A DNA stretch of 56,952 bases, from contig JBASIS010000047.1 in the NCBI GenBank assembly GCA_049654905.1, positions 1-56,952 on the forward strand, in the 5' to 3' direction. Both the position numbers and the translations under genes were made by a program. Shown in pieces: positions 36,369-44,446 of this stretch (positions within the stretch are counted from its first letter, which is position 1; every line of letters starts with the position of its first letter). Below the pieces are notes generated by a model. It was not told the origin of the DNA and searched no databases. It worked only from the letters and a program-made list of their open reading frames with translations. The stretch comes from Chromatiaceae bacterium (GTDB lineage: Bacteria > Pseudomonadota > Gammaproteobacteria > Chromatiales > Chromatiaceae).

Positions 36369-39300
36369 ATGGACAAACTCCAGATCGAGCGGGTACGCGA
36401 CCGGCTGCAGGCCTTCGACTTCAAGCGCCTCTTTATCGAGGAGTTGGGTTGGTCCCACGCCCGCGGTGCCAAACCCGTCACCCTAATGATTGCCAACGAA
36501 AGCTGGCAGGCAACGCCCATCGCGGAGCTTTCGGGTGTCGTTGTCTTTCTCCTGGCTGGGCTGCCGGACCGGTCAACCCGGTTAGCCATTCACAAGGCCC
36601 TGTCCGAGCATGCTCATGAAAATCTAGTCATTTTCGTTGACCATGCCTTTGAATCCACTCAAAGCCTTTGGCTCTGGGTGAAGCGCGAGGGCAGCAAACG
36701 CTTCCCGCGCGAGCATCTCTATGTCAGGGGCCAGCCGGGCGATCTTTTTATCTCCAAGCTGTCCGGCATCGTTGTCGATATCAATGAATTGGACGAGCGG
36801 GGTCGCTTTCCCCTCGCCCAACTCGTCGAGCGCATGCGCTCCGCTCTGGATGTGGAGCGCATCACCAAAAAATTCTTCAGGGAATACGATGCGCAGCGAC
36901 TGGCCTTCGTCGAATTGATTCAAGGTATTCCCGACGAGCGCGACCGCCGTTGGTATGCCTCGGTCCTGATGAATCGCCTCATGTTCGTCTGGTTCCTCCA
37001 GCGCAAACACTTTCTGGATGGCGGCAACCCCAACTATCTCTTGGACCGGCTCAGGGACAGCCAGCTCAGCGCCAAGGACGCTTTTTTCAGTGGCTTTCTG
37101 CAAGCCCTGTTTTTCGAGGGCTTCGCCAAGCCACCGGAACAACGTTCCAGTGCTGTCAGGCGGCTGATCGGCGATATCCGCTACCTCAACGGCGGCCTCT
37201 TCATTCCTCACCGCCTGGAGCGCGACTATGGTCCCGCCATTCGCATCCCGGATAGTGCCTTCGAGAACCTGTTTCACCTGTTCGGCGCCTACTCCTGGAA
37301 CCTCAATGACTCGCCCGGAGGCCTGGATAACGAAATAAACCCGGATGTACTCGGCTACATCTTCGAGAAGTACATTAACCAGAAGGCCTTTGGCGCCTAC
37401 TATACCCGCCCGGAGATCACCGAATACCTCTGCGAGCGCACCATCCACCGGCTGATCCTCCAAAAGGTCAATCAGCCCGCCGTGCCGGAGTTAGGACTGC
37501 CCGCCCGCCGCTTTGCCGGTGTGCCCGAGCTGTTGATGGGTCTGGATGCCACCCTTTGCCGGGAGCTGCTGCATACCATTCTGCCCGGTCTCGCCCTCCT
37601 GGACCCGGCCTGCGGGTCCGGCGCCTTCCTGGTCGCCGCCATGAAGACCCTGATCAATATCTACTCGGCGGTGATCGGGCGGATCAAATTCCTCAACGAC
37701 CAAGGACTCAGCGAACAGCTCAAGCGTTGGGAGACCGAACATAAAAGCCTCGCCTACTTCATCAAGCGCAGCATCATTACCGATAACCTGTTCGGCGTGG
37801 ACATCATGGAGGAAGCGACCGAGATCGCCCGATTGCGGCTGTTCCTCGCTCTGGTAGCATCGGCCCAGACCGTCGACCAACTGGAGCCCTTGCCTAATAT
37901 CGACTTCAATATCCTGGCAGGCAACTCACTCATCGGTCTGATCAGGGTCGATGCCGAGCAATTCGACGCGAGCAAGGGTGAGTTCGGGGGACAGATCGAT
38001 CTATTCCGCAAGAGCTACCGCGAAATTCTGGCCGAAAAGAATCGCTCGGTGGACAACTTCCGCCATACCGCATCCTGGGCGGGAGATACGGACCTGTCCT
38101 CGCTCAAGATCAACATCGAAAAACAACGGCAAGAGGCCCAGGCCACCCTTAACGACCTGCTGCTCGATGAGTGGGATCGGGCTGGGATCCGTTTCGAGCA
38201 AGCGACCTGGGATGGGGCCAAGGGCAAGGTCGGCAAGGCCCAGAAACGCAAGCTCAAGATCGAGGACCTGGCAGCGCTGCACCCCTTCCACTGGGGCTTC
38301 GAGTTTGACGAAATACTGCACCAGCGCGGGGGCTTCGACGCCATTATTACCAACCCGCCCTGGGAGATCTTCAAGCCCAACGCCAAGGAGTTTTTTCAGG
38401 AATACTCCGATTTGGTCACTGAGAATAAGATGACCATCAAGGATTTTGAGAAAGAACAGGCCCGTCTTCTCAAAGATCCCAAAATCCGTGCCGTTTGGCT
38501 GGAATACCTGTCGCGCTTCCCACATGTCTCCTCCTGGTTCCGCGCTGCGGCACAATTTAAGCACCAGTCGGCCATCGTCAATGGTAGGAAGACCGGTAGC
38601 GACATCAACCTCTATAAACTCTTTACCGAGCAATGTACCAACCTTCTGCGAGATGGCGGAGGTTGCGGTATTGTCATTCCTTCCGGGATCTACAGCGATC
38701 TTGGGGCCAAGGGCCTGAGGGATTTGCTTTTCTCAAGATGCGCCATCAATGATCTAGTGAGCTTCTCAAATGAGCGGTTCGTTTTTCAGGAGGTTCATCA
38801 CTCAGTAAGATTCTGCTTGCTGTCATTCGAGTACGGCGGTGATACAGATGCATTCAACGCTGTATTTCGAATCAATCCTCGTGAAGCCGTTGGGCCGGCG
38901 GAATTGGATAGTTTTCTACATTCGGCTATCAATCGGATCAGGATTTCAATATCGCTCGTGCGTAAGCTTTCACCAGACTCGCATTCGGTTCGTGAGTTTC
39001 GGTCTGACCTTGATATGCTAGTCGCGGAGAAGATGGTGAAATTCCCGTTGTTTGGACAGCAGGTGGACAGGGGATCGGGTTTACACCTCGCCACTGAGTT
39101 CCATATGACAAACGACAGCGGTCTGTTTAAGACTGAATCCGCCAATGGACGGTTACCGCTTTTTGAAGGGAAGATGATTCATCAGTTCTCCTGTAGTTGG
39201 GGCCATCCAAAATACTGGCTGGACGAAAAAGAGGCACGGGCAGCATTACTTGGACGCATCCCCGATACCGGACAACTGCTTGACTACCAGGGCTATAGAC

Positions 39301-39833
39301 TTGGTTTCCGTGACGTAGCCAGGAATACTGATGCGCGAACGATGATCTGCGCCGTATTACCGAAATGTATTTTTACAAACCACAAGTTGCCTTATGTGCC
39401 GATTGCTCATTTGCAAACGATGTTATTTGTAGCTGCGATCTGGAATAGCTTGGCGTTCGATTACTTGGTCCGCCAGTGCGTCACTGCGAACATTACTTTC
39501 TTCATAGTTTACCAGCTACCTATGCCCCGCTTGACTGAGCAAGATGCAGGCTTTAGCGCCATCATGTCCCGCGCCGCCCGCCTAACCTGCACCACTCCGG
39601 AATTCGATGAACTAGCCCAGCAGGTTGGTATGCAATCCCACCGCGAAAGCGCCACCGACCCCGTAGATCGCGCCAAGCTACGGGCCGAGCTGGACGGCTT
39701 GATTGCATACCGCTATGGCCTCACCGAAGCCGAGTTTAGCCATTTACTGTCCACCTTTCCTCTGGTTTCGGAGCCGGTGAAGATTGCCGCACTTAATGCC
39801 TATCGGGATGTGGAGCGAGGTCTGATTCGATGA
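36369..39833 (+). CDS. Large MmeI/Eco57I-like gamma-class N6-adenine DNA methyltransferase with target-recognition domain
   Basis: Helical spacer RYLNGGLF...GAYYTRPEI, SAM motif I LLDPACGSGAFLV (about 37602), FGVDIMEEATEIARLRLFL, NILAGNSLIG, motif IV NPPW (38352-38363), C-terminal LDGLIAYRYGLTEAEFSHLL. Start is ATG 36369 or TTG 36357. Confidence 0.88.
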   Translation: MDKLQIERVRDRLQAFDFKRLFIEELGWSHARGAKPVTLMIANESWQATPIAELSGVVVFLLAGLPDRSTRLAIHKALSEHAHENLVIFVDHAFESTQSLWLWVKREGSKRFPREHLYVRGQPGDLFISKLSGIVVDINELDERGRFPLAQLVERMRSALDVERITKKFFREYDAQRLAFVELIQGIPDERDRRWYASVLMNRLMFVWFLQRKHFLDGGNPNYLLDRLRDSQLSAKDAFFSGFLQALFFEGFAKPPEQRSSAVRRLIGDIRYLNGGLFIPHRLERDYGPAIRIPDSAFENLFHLFGAYSWNLNDSPGGLDNEINPDVLGYIFEKYINQKAFGAYYTRPEITEYLCERTIHRLILQKVNQPAVPELGLPARRFAGVPELLMGLDATLCRELLHTILPGLALLDPACGSGAFLVAAMKTLINIYSAVIGRIKFLNDQGLSEQLKRWETEHKSLAYFIKRSIITDNLFGVDIMEEATEIARLRLFLALVASAQTVDQLEPLPNIDFNILAGNSLIGLIRVDAEQFDASKGEFGGQIDLFRKSYREILAEKNRSVDNFRHTASWAGDTDLSSLKINIEKQRQEAQATLNDLLLDEWDRAGIRFEQATWDGAKGKVGKAQKRKLKIEDLAALHPFHWGFEFDEILHQRGGFDAIITNPPWEIFKPNAKEFFQEYSDLVTENKMTIKDFEKEQARLLKDPKIRAVWLEYLSRFPHVSSWFRAAAQFKHQSAIVNGRKTGSDINLYKLFTEQCTNLLRDGGGCGIVIPSGIYSDLGAKGLRDLLFSRCAINDLVSFSNERFVFQEVHHSVRFCLLSFEYGGDTDAFNAVFRINPREAVGPAELDSFLHSAINRIRISISLVRKLSPDSHSVREFRSDLDMLVAEKMVKFPLFGQQVDRGSGLHLATEFHMTNDSGLFKTESANGRLPLFEGKMIHQFSCSWGHPKYWLDEKEARAALLGRIPDTGQLLDYQGYRLGFRDVARNTDARTMICAVLPKCIFTNHKLPYVPIAHLQTMLFVAAIWNSLAFDYLVRQCVTANITFFIVYQLPMPRLTEQDAGFSAIMSRAARLTCTTPEFDELAQQVGMQSHRESATDPVDRAKLRAELDGLIAYRYGLTEAEFSHLLSTFPLVSEPVKIAALNAYRDVERGLIR

Positions 39834-40954
39834 GGTTGCAATCCGTCCGCATACATAACTTCAAGGCCATCGTCGATAGCAAGGTCGTTCGGCTCGGCCC
39901 GCTGACCGCCTTTGTCGGCCAGAATGGTGCTGGTAAATCCAGCCTGATCGAGGCCTTGGAGACCTATCAGGCCATCGTTCGGGACGGCCTGGATCTCGCG
40001 ATGCAGCGCTGGCTTGGCATTGAGCATGCCCGCCACAAGGGCCAGGAGACCAAGGAGCGCCTGGGCCAGCCGGTCAATCCGATCAGCTTCGAGTTGAGGC
40101 TTGGCTTGTCGCCGCGCCGGGTCTCGCGGTTGTCTATGTCGGTCAGCAACGACCCGGCTTTCAACCATATCTTCATCTCGGACGAACGTCTCACCTTCCA
40201 GGACGGGACCTTCGTCGGGCGGGACCCGATAGGCGCGAGCCAGACCTATGGCAGGGGCCGCTCAATACTGACTGCGCCCATGGCCGATGCCAGGGATCTA
40301 GCCGAGCATGTCCTCAACTGGCAGTTCCTGGCCCTAAGCCCCGAGCGCATGGGGCTTCCCGTTCCCCAGCAACGGACCGGCGGCGGTGTGCGGTTGGCCC
40401 GGGATGGCTCGAACGTCGCCGACTTCCTTCTCGATCTGCGCCGGCGGGATCAGAACGCCTTTGACGGCATCGTCGCAACCATGGGTTATGTGTTGCCCTA
40501 TGCCAAGGACCTCCAAACCTCTCTGACGACAGAGATCGAGCGCAAGGCCTGGCTGCAACTGACCGAGGCCGATTTCAAGGTCCCCGGCTGGATGCTGTCC
40601 ACGGGTACCCTGCGCCTGCTGGCCCTGTTGGCCCTGCTGCGTCACCCCAAGCCGCCACCCTTGATCCTGGTGGAGGAGCTTGAGAATGGCCTGGACCCAC
40701 GGAGCATGCACCTGCTGGTGGAGGAAATTCGCAACGCGGTGCTGGACGGAGTGACTCAGGTGATCCTGACGACCCATTCACCCTATCTCTTGGACCTGCT
40801 GACGCTCGATCACCTGGTGCTGGTGGAGCGTGACGGGAGTGGCGCACCGCGCTTCCGGCGTCCCGCGAATGATGCATCCCTGGCGAATTGGGCCGGGCGG
40901 TTCGCCCCAGGGAAGCTCTATACCATGGGTAGCCTCTCGGGGAGTGGTGCATGA
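39830..40954 (+). CDS. ABC-type (AAA_15/AAA_21-like) ATPase
   Basis: MRLQSVRIHNFKAIVDS...LTAFVGQNGAGKSSLIEAL (Walker A, K36), LILVEELENGLDP (Walker B), TTHSPYLL (H-loop). ATG overlaps the methyltransferase TGA (ATGA at 39830-39833). Confidence 0.85.
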   Translation: MRLQSVRIHNFKAIVDSKVVRLGPLTAFVGQNGAGKSSLIEALETYQAIVRDGLDLAMQRWLGIEHARHKGQETKERLGQPVNPISFELRLGLSPRRVSRLSMSVSNDPAFNHIFISDERLTFQDGTFVGRDPIGASQTYGRGRSILTAPMADARDLAEHVLNWQFLALSPERMGLPVPQQRTGGGVRLARDGSNVADFLLDLRRRDQNAFDGIVATMGYVLPYAKDLQTSLTTEIERKAWLQLTEADFKVPGWMLSTGTLRLLALLALLRHPKPPPLILVEELENGLDPRSMHLLVEEIRNAVLDGVTQVILTTHSPYLLDLLTLDHLVLVERDGSGAPRFRRPANDASLANWAGRFAPGKLYTMGSLSGSGA

Positions 40955-41556
40955 AGGTCGGCTTTGTGTTCGAGTGTGGTCCCAAGGGTGCCGACGTGCA
41001 GGTGTGCGAATATCTGGCCATGGCAATCCGCTCGGGGATTGTTCCCGTGTCGCGCACGCTGGACAATAAAGCCAATCTGCTGAGAGATGCTGGCCGGGTG
41101 GCCGCGGCGCTACTGGCCGACGGCTGCGAGCGGGTGCTCATCGTCTGGGATTTGCGTCCGGCCTGGCCGGACAAGAAAGCCAAACCCTGTCGCCACGACG
41201 AGCGCGCGGCGATGCTTAAAGCCCTTGAAGACGCGGGAGTCGCCGATGTCCCGGTCTTTTTGGTCTGCGTCGAGCAGGAGTTGGAAAGCTGGCTGTTGAC
41301 GGATGAGACAAAGCTCGCGGCCTATCTATCGACACCGGCGCACCCATTGATCGTGCCCGGGGTGCGACAGCCGGACCGTGTCCCGAACCCCAAGGCCTTG
41401 ATGATGAATTACTTCAGGGCCGCACGTGGCTGGCGCTACGAGGACCGGACCCACGCCATCCGGGTTCTCGGTGCTGGCGCTTTGGACCTGAAGAAGCTGA
41501 GACGCTCGGCCAGTTTCGCCCGATTCGAGTCCAAGCTCACCGAGGATTTTCGCTGA
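40951..41556 (+). CDS. DUF4276 family protein (predicted Toprim-like)
   Basis: MKVGFVFECGPKG (Toprim-like Glu), VLIVWDLRPAW, VCVEQELESWLL. ATG overlaps the ATPase TGA (ATGA at 40951-40954). Family call from motif memory. Confidence 0.65.
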   Translation: MKVGFVFECGPKGADVQVCEYLAMAIRSGIVPVSRTLDNKANLLRDAGRVAAALLADGCERVLIVWDLRPAWPDKKAKPCRHDERAAMLKALEDAGVADVPVFLVCVEQELESWLLTDETKLAAYLSTPAHPLIVPGVRQPDRVPNPKALMMNYFRAARGWRYEDRTHAIRVLGAGALDLKKLRRSASFARFESKLTEDFR

Positions 41557-41586
41557 AGCCTGGAAAATATCTGGAGATCACCCCCC

Positions 41587-41883
41587 TTGCACGTCACCCT
41601 GGTCCATGTCCACGTCAAACCCGCTGATATCGACTCCTTCATCGCCGCCAGCCGCGCCAATCACGAGGCCTCGGTCCGGGAGCCGGGCAACCGGCGCTTT
41701 GATGTGCTCCAGAATCCGGAGGATGCCGGACACTTCATCCTCTACGAGGCCTATGCCTCGGCCGAGGCGGCCGCCGCCCATAAGCAGACGGCGCACTACG
41801 CCCGGTGGCGCGATACCGTGGCGGCCATGATGGCCGCGCCACGCCAGGGCGTACCCATGATTGGACTTTTCCCGATAGACTGA
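41587..41883 (+). CDS. Antibiotic-biosynthesis-monooxygenase (ABM/YgiN-like) domain protein
   Basis: VTLVHVHVKPADIDSFIAASRANHEASVREPGNRRFDVLQ...FILYEAYASAEAAAAHKQTAHY; TTG start. Confidence 0.75.
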   Translation: MHVTLVHVHVKPADIDSFIAASRANHEASVREPGNRRFDVLQNPEDAGHFILYEAYASAEAAAAHKQTAHYARWRDTVAAMMAAPRQGVPMIGLFPID

Positions 41884-41884
41884 A

Positions 41885-43081
41885 ATGATGAATCCCTTTT
41901 CAATTGGCCGCCTGCCGCGCATCGAGTTCGGGTCGGGCGCCATCGCCCAACTACCCGCTATCGCCGCTCGCCATGGCCGGCGCTTGCTGATCCTGACCGG
42001 TGCTCACTCCTTTACGTCATCCCCGCATTGGGAAGAGTTGCGTAAGGCGCTGGCGGAGGGCTATTTCGGGGGGGAGATCGTGCGCATCCCGGGCGAGCCA
42101 TCGCCGGAAGAGATCGATAGCATCGTGCAACTCAGCCGGGGGGGCCGCATCGATGCGGTGATCGGCATCGGTGGCGGCAGCGTGCTGGACGCCGCCAAGG
42201 CCGTCGCGGGTTTGCTGAAGCCCGGCAACAGCGTCATGGACCACCTGGAGGGCGTCGGGCCCGAGCTACCCTATCGCGGTCCGGCCACGCCCTTCATCGC
42301 CGTCCCCACCACGGCGGGCACGGGCTCGGAGGCGACGAAAAATGCCGTGCTCACCCGACAAGGCCCGGATGGGTTCAAAAAGTCCTTCCGCGACGACGCC
42401 TTGATGGCCGAATACGCCATCGTCGATCCGGACCTGCTGGCGTCTTGTCCAGCGGCTTCGATCGCCGCCAACGGCATGGATGCCTTGACCCAATTGCTGG
42501 AGGCCTATGTCTCGACCCGCGCCAATCCCATGACCGACGCCCTGGCGCTGGCGGGGCTGGCGGCGGTGCGCGATGGCTTGCTGGTCTGGTATCGGGGCGG
42601 GGAGGGCGCCGCCGCCGGGCGGGAGAAGATGGCCCTGGCGGCCCTCTGGTCCGGCGTCTGTCTGGCCCAGGCCGGGCTGGGGTCGGTGCATGGTCTGGCC
42701 CAGCCGCTGGGCTCGTTCTTTCCCATCTCGCATGGCGTGGTCTGCGGCACCCTGGTGGCGGCGGCGACGCGGATCAACATCGAGGCCCTGTTGGCGCGGG
42801 CCCCGGACGTGACGGCGCTCACCAAGTACGCCACCATTGGCCGCCTGCTGGGGGCCGCGCCGGGCGTCAGCGATGACGAAGCCCGAGACACCCTGCTTGA
42901 TACCCTGAAGGCATGGACCCGGCTCCTGAAGCTGCCACTGCTCTCGGAACTGGGCGTAGCGGTGGGAGATTTTCCCCGCATCCTGGCCAACGCGCGGGGC
43001 TCCAGCATGAAGACCAACCCCATCGCCTTGCAGGACGCCGAGATCGAGCGGATTCTCCAGATGCGGTTGCTGGCGGCTTAG
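41885..43081 (+). CDS. Iron-containing (group III) alcohol dehydrogenase
   Basis: GIGGGSVLDAAKAVAG, AVPTTAGTGSEAT, GSVHGLAQPLG, HGVVCG. Confidence 0.85.
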   Translation: MMNPFSIGRLPRIEFGSGAIAQLPAIAARHGRRLLILTGAHSFTSSPHWEELRKALAEGYFGGEIVRIPGEPSPEEIDSIVQLSRGGRIDAVIGIGGGSVLDAAKAVAGLLKPGNSVMDHLEGVGPELPYRGPATPFIAVPTTAGTGSEATKNAVLTRQGPDGFKKSFRDDALMAEYAIVDPDLLASCPAASIAANGMDALTQLLEAYVSTRANPMTDALALAGLAAVRDGLLVWYRGGEGAAAGREKMALAALWSGVCLAQAGLGSVHGLAQPLGSFFPISHGVVCGTLVAAATRINIEALLARAPDVTALTKYATIGRLLGAAPGVSDDEARDTLLDTLKAWTRLLKLPLLSELGVAVGDFPRILANARGSSMKTNPIALQDAEIERILQMRLLAA

Positions 43082-43149
43082 GGGCCAAGCCGTCCTGGCG
43101 GCCCTCGTGGCCCTCCCGGTGGCTTGATTCCGGCGTGGGCATGCGCCTA

Positions 43150-43165
43150 GAATGAACGTTCATTC
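43150..43165. promoter_or_regulatory. Perfect 16-bp palindrome, candidate TetR-type operator of the RND operon
   Basis: GAATGAACGTTCATTC, 33-48 bp upstream of the adaptor-subunit ATG (43198); a TetR gene closes the same operon. Confidence 0.55.
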
Positions 43166-43197
43166 CAGTTCCGTCGCGTTGCGCGCCGAGGTGCTTC

Positions 43198-44367
43198 ATG
43201 GGTCACCTGTTTTCTGTTGCCGCCCTGCGGAGGGCGGGTCTGATCACCACCCTCCTGCTCGCCGGCTGTGGTCAGGGTTCCCCAACCGGTGGACCAGGTG
43301 GGGCGCCGGGTCAGATGCCGCCACCCGAGTTGGGCATCTTCACCGTCGTGGCGGAGCCCGCCGCTCTGACCATGGAACTGGTGGGCCGCGCCACGCCCTA
43401 CCGGATCGCGGAGGTGCGGCCCCAGGTGGGCGGCATCATCAAGTCCCGCGAGTTCCCGGAGGGTGGCGAGATCACCACCGGCCAGCCCCTCTACCTCATC
43501 GATCCCGCTCGCTACGAGGCGGTCCGGGATAGCGCCGAGGCGGCCCTGGTCCGCGCCCGCGCCACTCGGGAGCGCGCCGAGAAGAAGGCGGAGCGTTATG
43601 GCAATCTGCTGAGGAACAAGGCGGGTAGCCTGGAGCAATTCGATGATGCCCAGGTGGCCCTGAAGGAGTCGGCGGCGGATGTCCAGGTCGCCGCGGCGGA
43701 TCTGGCCAAGGCCCGCATTGAACTGGAATACACCCGTATCACCTCCCCCATCGACGGCCAGATCGGCCGTTCGACCGTGACCCAGGGCGCCCTGGTGACC
43801 GCCAACCAGGCGCAGGCCCTGGCGACGGTCCAGCAACTGGACCCCATTTATGTCGATCTCACCCAGTCGGCGGCCCAGCAGTTGCGGTTGCGCCGTGCCG
43901 TGGAGGATGGCCGCCTGCGGCGCTCGGAGGACGGGCAGCCCAAGGCGACTCTGACCCTGGAGGACGGCTCGACCTATCCCCACGAGGGGCGTCTGGAGTT
44001 CTCCGAGGTCAGCGTGGATCAGGGCACGGGCACCGTCACCCTGCGGGCGACCTTCCCCAATCCCGACCATGTCCTGCTGCCGGGCATGTTCGTGCGTGCC
44101 CAGGTCGAGGAGGGGACGCGCCAGGAGGCCATCCTGGTGCCTCAGCAAGGTATCCAGCGGGATCGGCAAGGTCAGGCGGTGGCCCTGGTGTTGAATGAAG
44201 AGGACCTGGTTGAACAGCGCCGGGTCGAGACGGATCGGGCCCTGGGTAGCCGCTGGCTGATCAATGAGGGTCTCAAGCCCGGTGACCGCTTGATCGTCGA
44301 GGGGGTGCAGAAGGCTAAGCCCGGCATCAAGGCCAAGGCCGTCGATTGGAAGCCGGCCACGCCCTGA
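43198..44367 (+). CDS. RND efflux periplasmic adaptor (MFP, AcrA/MexA-like lipoprotein)
   Basis: Lipobox LLLAGC; YRIAEVRPQVGGIIKSREFPEGGEITTGQPLYLIDP, ITSPIDGQIGRS, VDQGTGTVTLRATFPNP. Confidence 0.9.
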   Translation: MGHLFSVAALRRAGLITTLLLAGCGQGSPTGGPGGAPGQMPPPELGIFTVVAEPAALTMELVGRATPYRIAEVRPQVGGIIKSREFPEGGEITTGQPLYLIDPARYEAVRDSAEAALVRARATRERAEKKAERYGNLLRNKAGSLEQFDDAQVALKESAADVQVAAADLAKARIELEYTRITSPIDGQIGRSTVTQGALVTANQAQALATVQQLDPIYVDLTQSAAQQLRLRRAVEDGRLRRSEDGQPKATLTLEDGSTYPHEGRLEFSEVSVDQGTGTVTLRATFPNPDHVLLPGMFVRAQVEEGTRQEAILVPQQGIQRDRQGQAVALVLNEEDLVEQRRVETDRALGSRWLINEGLKPGDRLIVEGVQKAKPGIKAKAVDWKPATP

Positions 44368-44446
44368 ATTGGCCCGCCCGCGGTTGCACTGGGTATTCGC
44401 CCGCCGCGGTTGCCTGCGTCGCTTCGTCACCTAGAGAGACTCCCTC

